DNA of 64,000 bases from an uncultured Methanosarcinales archaeon (lineage in GTDB: Archaea; Nanobdellota; Nanobdellia; Woesearchaeales; ARS49), in NCBI GenBank assembly GCA_964637115.1, contig CAZWVL010000004.1:75258-139257 (forward strand), written 5' to 3'. The position numbers and the translations under genes are program-made. Below the pieces are notes generated by a model that was not told the origin of the DNA, ran no database searches, and saw only the letters and a program-made list of their open reading frames with translations. The first letter of the stretch is position 1. Each line of letters begins with the position of its first letter. Below are positions 34,888 to 41,531 of the stretch, one piece after another.

Positions 34888-35211
34888 TCAAATTCCTATT
34901 TCAATCTTCCATTTCATTGGAATAAATGTTAGATTGATAAGGTGTTTAAACTCGCTTTTCTTTTTCCAGTGCGATAATTGAGATTTTATTTCTTCCACAA
35001 GCGCATCTTCGTCTTTAATCTTGTGTGCGCTCATTTGGATGAAAATCTCTATTGGCGCAATTTTTATTTTGATTTGTGAGCTGTTTGCGTATACAAAGAC
35101 GTCTTCTATGTTTGTTGCATCAGAAACGATTTTTTGTATTGCTATAGATAACGCCGTAACTTCTTTCTTCCCTACTTTTTCATCATCGTAATCTATGCGA
35201 ATGACTGGCAT
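34888..35211 (-). CDS. Hypothetical protein (MP- N-terminus, possible tautomerase-like fold)
   Basis: 107 aa starting MPVIRIDYDD. The function call is only a guess from the Pro-2 N-terminus and beta-alpha-beta-like pattern. Confidence 0.45.
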   Translation of the reverse strand: MPVIRIDYDDEKVGKKEVTALSIAIQKIVSDATNIEDVFVYANSSQIKIKIAPIEIFIQMSAHKIKDEDALVEEIKSQLSHWKKKSEFKHLINLTFIPMKWKIEIGI

Positions 35212-35220
35212 TTTGCTTGC

Positions 35221-35439
35221 TCACTTCTTCACAGCGAGCTTGATATCTCCTGCCTTGATTGTTTTCCTGCCAGCGTGTAATGCAAACTTTACTGCATCAG
35301 CAGCAACTGTTTTGCCGTATTCTTCAAGAACTTCCTTAAGTGCTGCTTTTGCCTTGTCTGAAACTCGCTCTGCGCCTGCCTGTTTCATTAATTGCTCCAT
35401 TGCTGCGAGCGGTATGAGTCTTTTTGAGTTTACTACCAT
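35221..35439 (-). CDS. Archaeal histone (HMf family)
   Basis: LIPLAAMEQLMKQAGAERVSDKAKAALKEVLEEYGKTVAADAVKFALHAGRKTIKAGDIKLAVKK. I start at the internal ATG 35437-35439, which is preceded by GAGGTGG. Confidence 0.93.
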   Translation of the reverse strand: MVVNSKRLIPLAAMEQLMKQAGAERVSDKAKAALKEVLEEYGKTVAADAVKFALHAGRKTIKAGDIKLAVKK

Positions 35440-35510
35440 CGTTAACCACCTCAAAAAGCCCAAAACAGCCTTGTTTATTTAAAATTTGCCATTTTCGTTC
35501 TTTTTTAATA

Positions 35511-35566
35511 ATTTCCGACGAACAAGCCCGACTGAACGGAGTTCAGAGGGCATTGTGAGGAGTGTT
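35511..35566. repeat. Conserved ~56-nt structured intergenic element, copy A (candidate small RNA or cis-element)
   Basis: ATTTCCGACGAACAAGCCCGACTGAACGGAGTTCAGAGGGCATTGTGAGGAGTGTT. A second copy lies at 51223-51277. All stem differences between the copies are compensatory. Confidence 0.7.
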
Positions 35567-35606
35567 TTAGAAAGTAATTTATGCTGCGAATTGTCTTGCT
35601 GTTGTT

Positions 35607-36002
35607 ATGAAAGCTAAGCTAAAGGGCTCTAATGCAGAAAGAGAATTGATTCATTTGTTCTGGGCTACTAAAGAGTGGACTGCTTGCAGGGTTGCTGGCA
35701 GCGGCAGTATGAAGTATCCTGCTCCTGATATTATTGCAAATAAAGCAGGAATCAACTTGGCAATTGAGTGCAAGTCAACTGGCAGTGATTATCAGTATTT
35801 GGAAAAACGTGAAGTTGAAGAACTGGCAGCATATGCAAAACTTGCTGGCGCCAGGCCTTTGATTGCTGTTCGTTTTAATAGAATGCCGTGGCGTTTTCTT
35901 AATTTGGATGATTTGAATGCCACTGAACGGAATTTTGTTATTACGCCTGAAATGGCTGAATTAAAGGGCTTGACATTTGAACAGCTGGCGAAACATTTAT
36001 AA
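35607..36002 (+). CDS. hjc: Holliday junction resolvase Hjc
   Basis: KGSNAERELIHLFW...ACRVAGSG...PDIIANKAG..LAIECKST...PLIAVRF parallels recalled Pyrococcus Hjc. Confidence 0.9.
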   Translation: MKAKLKGSNAERELIHLFWATKEWTACRVAGSGSMKYPAPDIIANKAGINLAIECKSTGSDYQYLEKREVEELAAYAKLAGARPLIAVRFNRMPWRFLNLDDLNATERNFVITPEMAELKGLTFEQLAKHL

Positions 36003-36025
36003 ATGCCTCCCGTCGGAAAAAGACC

Positions 36026-36622
36026 GTGCCACAGAATCATAAAATTACAAGCAAGATTGTCGAAGAAATCGTTTCTGAAGTTGCTGGCGAGGATGTTTTG
36101 CCTTTGGTTAAGGCATTAAGAAACAAGAGCAATGTGTCGGAATTTAAGCTTGCTGACAGCATTAAGAAGGAGATTAATCTCACCAGAAACATGCTTTACA
36201 GGTTGTATGATAACAATCTCGTCAGCTTTATAAGGAAAAAGGACAAGAAAAAGGGCTGGTACATCTACTATTGGACTTTTAATCAGAAGCGCATTAAGGA
36301 CTTGGCAAGCGATATCAAGAAGCGCAAGGTTGAGCGTTTGAATGAGCGTTTGCAGCGTGAAAAAACAACCCAGTTCTACATTTGTGCAAATAAATGTGTA
36401 CGATTGGACTTTGAACAGAGCCACGATTTCAATTTTAAATGTCCTGAATGCGGCCAATTGTTGGACCTTGAGGATAACTCAAAGAAGATTAAGGAATTGG
36501 AAACCGATCTGGAAAGATTGGAGAAGGAATTGAGGCCGGTCGTAAAGGTGGCTGTGGTTGTAAAGGCGAAACCGGCAAAGCCTGTGAAGGCGAAGAAATC
36601 ATCCAAGAAAAAGCGGAAGTGA
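36026..36622 (+). CDS. tfe: Transcription factor E (TFE alpha) with K-rich tail
   Basis: Winged helix (LPLVKALRNKSNVSEFKLADSIKKEINLTRNMLYRLYDNNLVSF) plus Zn-ribbon (FYICANKCVRLDF...FKCPECG). Tail KAKPAKPVKAKKSSKKKRK. Confidence 0.85.
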   Translation: MPQNHKITSKIVEEIVSEVAGEDVLPLVKALRNKSNVSEFKLADSIKKEINLTRNMLYRLYDNNLVSFIRKKDKKKGWYIYYWTFNQKRIKDLASDIKKRKVERLNERLQREKTTQFYICANKCVRLDFEQSHDFNFKCPECGQLLDLEDNSKKIKELETDLERLEKELRPVVKVAVVVKAKPAKPVKAKKSSKKKRK

Positions 36623-37127
36623 TTTCTTTTTCTAAGTGTTCTGGTGAATAAATTCCGAGTTCCGTGACCATTCTGTGAACAGATGCTATGTCGTGTGTTG
36701 CTGGCCTTTCTTTTGTGAATTGCAGTACACTTCCTACGGCAATTATTTCTTTATGTGGCAGGTCGCGTGCTTCTTTTGGCAGAAATAACGCTCCGTCTGA
36801 ACTTAGTCCATCCGGTTCTGCGAGGAATACGTCTGCTTCAGAGGGCTTGTAATTTGAAAGTACGCCTGCTTTGAGAAAGTTCTCAATGGCTTCTTTAGAG
36901 CCTTGTATACTGATAATTTTGCAATTTTTAGATTTAGCTATTTGTGGAAGAACATTCGCAAGTATTCCTTTTGGATGATACGCGCAAACAATGCTGCCTT
37001 TTGGGACAACTTTCTCAAGATGATATGAAATTGCGCTTAGCGCATTTTCAAAATGTCGCAATAATCTGCCGCGGTGTTGTGTCTTGCTGACTTTGTCAAT
37101 CAGAAATGAAGAAGAAAACGTTTTCAT
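36489..37127 (-). CDS. eIF-2B alpha/beta/delta-family-like protein (short form)
   Basis: From MKTFSSSF...: GSIVCAYHPKGILANVLPQIAKSKNCKIISIQGSKEAIENFLKAGV...ADVFLAEPDGLSSDGALF...VTELGIYSP resembles the IF-2B family pattern. ATG 37125-37127 forms an ATGA overlap with the upstream small ORF. The 39-aa P/S-rich tail is antisense to the tfe 3' end. Confidence 0.55.
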   Translation of the reverse strand: MKTFSSSFLIDKVSKTQHRGRLLRHFENALSAISYHLEKVVPKGSIVCAYHPKGILANVLPQIAKSKNCKIISIQGSKEAIENFLKAGVLSNYKPSEADVFLAEPDGLSSDGALFLPKEARDLPHKEIIAVGSVLQFTKERPATHDIASVHRMVTELGIYSPEHLEKEITSAFSWMISSPSQALPVSPLQPQPPLRPASIPSPIFPDRFPIP

Positions 37128-37318
37128 CTCTTGCGTTTCATTCCGTGTTCTATGCGGATTTCTTCCTGGAGCACTTTGTGCATGATTGTATCCATGTGTT
37201 CTTCTATGCGTGCCACTCTTCTTTCCATTAGAACTAGCACTCTCATGCAATACACTATTCCGAATAATACTCCTACTATGACTGCAAGAACAATTCTGAT
37301 GACTGCATCTTCTGCCAT
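37124..37318 (-). CDS. Small single-TM protein
   Basis: 64 aa: MAEDAVIRIVLAVIVGVLFGIVYCMRVLVLMERRVARIEEHMD... Its stop overlaps the start of the downstream gene (ATGA). Confidence 0.45.
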   Translation of the reverse strand: MAEDAVIRIVLAVIVGVLFGIVYCMRVLVLMERRVARIEEHMDTIMHKVLQEEIRIEHGMKRKR

Positions 37319-37388
37319 GATGATACACCTCTCTTTTCTAATAGTTATTTATAAGTAAAGAGTATAAAAAGGTTTGGGTGTTTAAATA

Positions 37389-37709
37389 TTAAACAGCCAA
37401 AGATTTGATGATTATCGCGGGATTTATTTTCTCTTCTTTAGAAGTGAGCTCGACCAGTTTTTCTAAATTTTGCTTATGACGAGTGCAGGCGCCGATTGAA
37501 ACACTTGCATCGCAGGGCATTGTTGCATCGTATGACAGTTCTGCATGCAGCCAAAAATTTCTGAACATTTTAAGAACGTTTTCTCCGGTGACGACATTAT
37601 GAACTTGTCCTTTTGCGCGTGGTTGCAGAAATGGCTCAGTTGTATTACAAATATAGCAAGGCCTATTTCCTTCATCTATTCGCTCAACGCGATATAACTC
37701 TTCGCTCAT
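37389..37709 (-). CDS. Hypothetical Cys-containing protein
   Basis: 106 aa. CxxC (CYIC) plus distal C/C/H (CDAS..GACTRH) suggest possible metal binding. It lies 5 nt downstream of TrmB paralog 2. Confidence 0.5.
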   Translation of the reverse strand: MSEELYRVERIDEGNRPCYICNTTEPFLQPRAKGQVHNVVTGENVLKMFRNFWLHAELSYDATMPCDASVSIGACTRHKQNLEKLVELTSKEEKINPAIIIKSLAV

Positions 37710-37714
37710 AGAAC

Positions 37715-38509
37715 TTAGTTCTTGTCCCAGATCATGTTGAACATGTTTTCGAATGATTTGGCGAAGTTTGCCGCGCTGACCCAGACGCCGAAGTCGTAGT
37801 TCGGGTGTATATCTGCATCGTCAAGAACCATAAAAGTAACCTGTTTGCCGTCTACAACGCAGAAGCGTGCTGGCAACGCATCAACATTCTTTATCTGTGC
37901 GAACTGCGCAAGCACTTTTGATTGTGCTTTTGTTGGCACGAGAATCTTTATGCGCACTCCTCTTTCTTTTGCTTTTTGGAATACGTTTTTAAAAGCCTCT
38001 GTTTTTCTGTTCAATCCAGATTCAGTTGTCATCAAGCAAACGGTTTTTTCTGCGCTTTTGATTGTTGAAGCAAGATGGTTGTAAAGGTTGGTTCTTCCCC
38101 TTACTGCGCCTGTTAAATCGGCGGGTTCAACAAGTTCAATACCTTGTTTGTGGAGAACGTTTAATTCTCCCAAAACTTCGCTTTTCTTCAGGCTTTCTAT
38201 TAGGTCTGCTTGTTTGTCAGCATCATCCTTGATTGCCTTTTTGACTCTTTCAAGGACTTCTGCTGGAGGAACTGCGATATATTTTATTGGTTTGCCAAGC
38301 TTCATTATGACAAATCCTTTTCGTTCTAATGATTCGAGAACATCATAACTTCTGCTTCTAGGAACGTTTGCAATATCAGAAAGTTCGCCTGCTGTTGCAA
38401 CACCACGTGATAATAGTGCTGTCCAAAGCTTTGCTTCGTAGCTGTTCAATCCAAAATCCTTGAGCTTATTCAAAAAATCCTTTTGAACTATCATTGTGGT
38501 GTACCCCAA
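37715..38509 (-). CDS. TrmB-family transcriptional regulator (paralog 2)
   Basis: Its wHTH matches paralog 1 over 52 identical residues (WTALLSRGVATAGELSDIANVPRSRSYDVLESLERKGFVIMKLGKPIKYIAV). The C-terminal domain is diverged. Confidence 0.85.
   Translation of the reverse strand: MGYTTMIVQKDFLNKLKDFGLNSYEAKLWTALLSRGVATAGELSDIANVPRSRSYDVLESLERKGFVIMKLGKPIKYIAVPPAEVLERVKKAIKDDADKQADLIESLKKSEVLGELNVLHKQGIELVEPADLTGAVRGRTNLYNHLASTIKSAEKTVCLMTTESGLNRKTEAFKNVFQKAKERGVRIKILVPTKAQSKVLAQFAQIKNVDALPARFCVVDGKQVTFMVLDDADIHPNYDFGVWVSAANFAKSFENMFNMIWDKN
38243..38428. repeat. Dispersed ~185-bp paralogous block (TrmB wHTH-coding segment), copy 2
   Basis: See 17650-17835. Confidence 0.8.
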
Positions 38510-38611
38510 TATTCATGTTGTTACTCATCCGTAGGTATAACCCATATATAAATGTTTCCGTTTTTCACCCTTCATTAGTAATAAAAACACGGCTTTTAAA
38601 GGAATGATAGT

Positions 38612-38637
38612 CACCCTCCCCTATTTCCTATGCAAAT
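38612..38637 (-). repeat. ORB-like box (inverted, shorter spacer)
   Basis: The reverse complement reads ATTTGCATAGGAAATAGGGGAGGGTG: a TGCA-TAG-GAAA core plus a G-run, with 2 nt between GAAA and GGGG instead of 4. Confidence 0.45.
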
Positions 38638-38777
38638 CGCCTTATTGTTATTCTGATGATTCTTCTTTATTATTATATTATATCTATATAGAAAATAATT
38701 ATAATAACAATCACTCTCTTCACAACTCACTCTTAAAAACAAACAAAACAATAAAACACCCTTTTCCCTTCACTACC

Positions 38778-38798
38778 GTTCCATACGAAACCAAGGGG
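38778..38798 (+). repeat. ORB-like box with G-string
   Basis: GTTCCATACGAAACCAAGGGG follows the pattern TCCA-N3-GAAA-YC-N2-GGGG. The box at 51163-51184 shares this pattern. Confidence 0.6.
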
Positions 38799-38837
38799 TG
38801 TCTCCTCTCCAAAAGTTTATATATAACTATCGCTGCT

Positions 38838-38858
38838 GGTTCCATACGCAAAAAAGCC
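38838..38858 (+). repeat. Mini-ORB-like box (core only)
   Basis: GGTTCCATACGCAAAAAAGCC repeats the GTTCCATACG core of 38778-38787 but has no G-string. Confidence 0.45.
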
Positions 38859-38892
38859 AAAAAGGAGGTTTTTTTGTAAAGTTGGTGATTTC

Positions 38893-40110
38893 ATGAAGGA
38901 AAAGGGGTTGGTTGACTTTTTTGAGAAGTTCTTAGAAAAGAAACCGGTTTTCAAGGATAAAACGATTTTGCAGTCAAATTATAGTCCAAGTACAATCTTG
39001 CACAGAGATGAACAAATGCAACAATTGGCAAACATGCTTGCTCCAGCGTTAAGATTGGAAAAGCCCTCTAATGTTTTCGTTTATGGAAAGACAGGAACAG
39101 GCAAAACACTAACCGTAAAATACACAGCTCAACAATTGTCAGAAATTGCAGCACAAAAAAAGCTCCCACTCAAAGTCATTTATCTTAATTGTAAGCTGAA
39201 AAAACTTGCAGATACTGAGTATCGTTTGGTCGCTCAGCTTTTGCGCGAATATGGAAAGAACATTCCTACAACAGGCCTGCCGACTGATGAAGTTTATCAT
39301 ATTTTTTATAGGATAATTGACAAGGAAAAGCACATTCTGTTGCTGATTTTGGACGAAATTGATCAGCTGATTGGCAAGGCCGGTGACGAACTGCTGTACA
39401 ATCTTACCCGAATCAACGCTGAGCTGAAAAACACGCAGATTACGCTTGTCGGAATTTCAAATGATCTAGTTTTTACTGACTCGCTTGATCCAAGAGTAAA
39501 GAGTTCGCTGAGTGAAGAAGATTTGGTTTTTCCTCCTTATAATGCTGAGCAGATTCAGAACATTTTGCAACAGCGCGCCAAGTTGGCCTTCAGTCCTGGG
39601 ATTGTTGAAGATGGTGTGTTGGAAAAGTGTGCCGCTTTTGCTGCCAGGGAGCACGGTGACGCACGACGCGCGTTGGAATTGCTCAGAGTTTCTGGCGAAC
39701 TGGCAGAGCGCCAGAACGAAAGCAAAATAAGCATTGCGCATCTTGACCAGGCTGAGGAAAAAATCGAGCGTGATAGGATTCTTGATCTGGTTTCAACACA
39801 GCCTAAACAGTATCAGGTCACCTTATTCTCAATTTTGAACGCCTGCAACCAAAAACAGGGTGTTTTTACCGGTGAGATTTATTCATTGTACGAGCGCTGC
39901 TGTTCGCAGACCGGCTTGCGTCCGTTGACTCAGCGCCGCGTGAGCGACATTATTGCTGAATTGGATATGCTGGGCATCATTAATGCCAAGGTCATCAGCA
40001 AGGGTAGGTATGGGCGTACAAGGGAAATCAGCATCGGCACAAATGACGGCATTACTCAGAAAATCAGGGGTATTTTGAATGAAGAGCTTGGGTTGTCATG
40101 GAGCAGTTAG
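38893..40110 (+). CDS. cdc6: Orc1/Cdc6 replication initiator
   Basis: AAA+ Walker A VFVYGKTGTGKT, Walker B LLILDEIDQL and a C-terminal winged helix (RRVSDIIAELDMLGIINAKVISKGRYGRT). Confidence 0.95.
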   Translation: MKEKGLVDFFEKFLEKKPVFKDKTILQSNYSPSTILHRDEQMQQLANMLAPALRLEKPSNVFVYGKTGTGKTLTVKYTAQQLSEIAAQKKLPLKVIYLNCKLKKLADTEYRLVAQLLREYGKNIPTTGLPTDEVYHIFYRIIDKEKHILLLILDEIDQLIGKAGDELLYNLTRINAELKNTQITLVGISNDLVFTDSLDPRVKSSLSEEDLVFPPYNAEQIQNILQQRAKLAFSPGIVEDGVLEKCAAFAAREHGDARRALELLRVSGELAERQNESKISIAHLDQAEEKIERDRILDLVSTQPKQYQVTLFSILNACNQKQGVFTGEIYSLYERCCSQTGLRPLTQRRVSDIIAELDMLGIINAKVISKGRYGRTREISIGTNDGITQKIRGILNEELGLSWSS

Positions 40111-41531
40111 TCAAGAAAAAGGAAATCGTTAGCGCATTTTTGAAAGGTAATGTTTTAGTCAGCAAACAAGTACTTGAGAGGCTTAGTCAGCCTGAAGTTG
40201 TTGAGCAATGGCATAATGCTTTGGCGCAGGGAGTGCATCCTTCTGAATTGCTCGGCCCGGAGAAATCTCCAGGTTCTTCAGTGCGTATTGTTTGGGAGTA
40301 TGATGACAAGCCTAAAAAGAGGACTGTTCAGGATTTTGTTGATTATTTTAACGCGCGTTATCGTGCTTTGGAAAAGCTGCTCCACAATCGCCAGGAATTG
40401 CAGAATCTTACTTCAATCGGGCGTTTGAGGGGAAAGAAAGATCGTGAGCAAGTTTCAATTATTGGAATAATATTTGAGAAGTATAAGACGAAGAATGAGC
40501 ACTGGATGTTGAAGTTGGAAGACACTACTGGTACTATCAACGTGCTTATTTCAAAATCAAAGCAGGATCAGCACATTCTCGCAGCAGATATTGTTCTTGA
40601 TGAAGTTATTGGAGTTAGAGGGGTTTTAGGAGACGGCGTAATCTTCGCCGACACATTCGTTATTCCGGATGTTCCCATTTTAGAATCAAAAAAAACTCCT
40701 GATGAGGTCTATGCGGCGGTATTATCATGCATTCACGTTGGTTCTGGAAGGTTTGAGCACGAAAAATTCAATAACTTCTTGGAATGGGTGAACGGCAATT
40801 ATGGCACGCCCGAACAAAAAGAAATTTCAAGCAAGTTGAAATACGTGTTTATCTGCGGGGATTTGGTTGACGGCGTTGGTATTTACCCTCAGCAGGAGAA
40901 AGAACTTTCAATTACCGATATTCGTGAGCAGTATCGCGAGTGCGCGCAGTTATTGTCGAGAATACGTAAGGACGTGCAGGTTATCATCGGTCCCGGCAAT
41001 CACGACGTTGGCAGGATAAGTGAGCCGCAGCCAAAACTGTTAAAGGATTATACAAAACCATTGTGGGACTTGCCCAATGTAACAATGGTTTGCAATCCTT
41101 GCATGACTAATATTCACGCTTCTCCGGAATTTGGAGGTCTTGACATACTCACCTATCATGGCTACAGTTTTGATGACTATGGTGAAATTGTGCCCAGCAT
41201 TAAGAATTCAGGCAAGCACATTTCTGATCGTGCGCCGCTGATTATGCGCTTCTTGCTGCAGCGCCGTCATCTTGCTCCGCAGCATACTTCCACATTGTAT
41301 ATTCCTGATGCAAGAATGGATCCTTTGGTCATAGAGAAAGTTCCTGACTTGTTTTTTGCGGGTCATATCCATAAGGCCGGTGCGTTGCAATATCGTGGCA
41401 TTACTTTGGTTTCTGCAAGTTGCTTCCAGGGGAAAACTGATTTTCAGGAAAAAGTTGGTCATGACCCCGATCCTGGCGTTGTTCCTGTGGTCAATCTGCA
41501 GACACGGCAAATATCAATGATGAGGTTCTGA
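40098..41531 (+). CDS. polB: DNA polymerase II (PolD) small subunit DP1
   Basis: OB region plus calcineurin-like phosphoesterase motifs (FICGDLVDGVGIY, GPGNHD, TYHGYSFDD, FFAGHIH). It overlaps cdc6 by 13 nt. Confidence 0.9.
   Translation: MEQLVKKKEIVSAFLKGNVLVSKQVLERLSQPEVVEQWHNALAQGVHPSELLGPEKSPGSSVRIVWEYDDKPKKRTVQDFVDYFNARYRALEKLLHNRQELQNLTSIGRLRGKKDREQVSIIGIIFEKYKTKNEHWMLKLEDTTGTINVLISKSKQDQHILAADIVLDEVIGVRGVLGDGVIFADTFVIPDVPILESKKTPDEVYAAVLSCIHVGSGRFEHEKFNNFLEWVNGNYGTPEQKEISSKLKYVFICGDLVDGVGIYPQQEKELSITDIREQYRECAQLLSRIRKDVQVIIGPGNHDVGRISEPQPKLLKDYTKPLWDLPNVTMVCNPCMTNIHASPEFGGLDILTYHGYSFDDYGEIVPSIKNSGKHISDRAPLIMRFLLQRRHLAPQHTSTLYIPDARMDPLVIEKVPDLFFAGHIHKAGALQYRGITLVSASCFQGKTDFQEKVGHDPDPGVVPVVNLQTRQISMMRF

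Larger units (their letters stand above)
38540..38892. other. Putative replication origin (oriC): AT-rich unwinding region flanked by ORB-like boxes, next to orc1/cdc6
   Basis: The stretch 38641-38760 is about 80% A+T (TTATTATTATATTATATCTATATAGAAAATAATTATAATAAC...). ORB-like boxes lie at 38612-38637 (inverted), 38778-38798 and 38838-38858. It is directly upstream of cdc6. Confidence 0.65.

Noticed and set aside
35511-35566. C/D-box or H/ACA guide RNA identity for the conserved element
   Set aside because: There is no RUGAUGA C box, CUGA occurs only inside the stem of copy A (it is changed in copy B), and there is no ACA box 3' of the hairpin on either strand.
37128-37328. 67-aa N-terminal extension of the tracked 279-aa ORF (36489-37328)
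   Set aside because: The extension is H/R/S-rich with no family resemblance. It overlaps, in another frame, the 64-aa TM ORF, whose stop forms an ATGA junction with the internal ATG at 37125-37127.
38604-38879. 91-aa plus-strand ORF in the cdc6 upstream region
   Set aside because: It lies in the ~80% A+T low-complexity origin region. The product is Y/N/I/L-rich nonsense, and the region is better explained as DUE plus ORB boxes.
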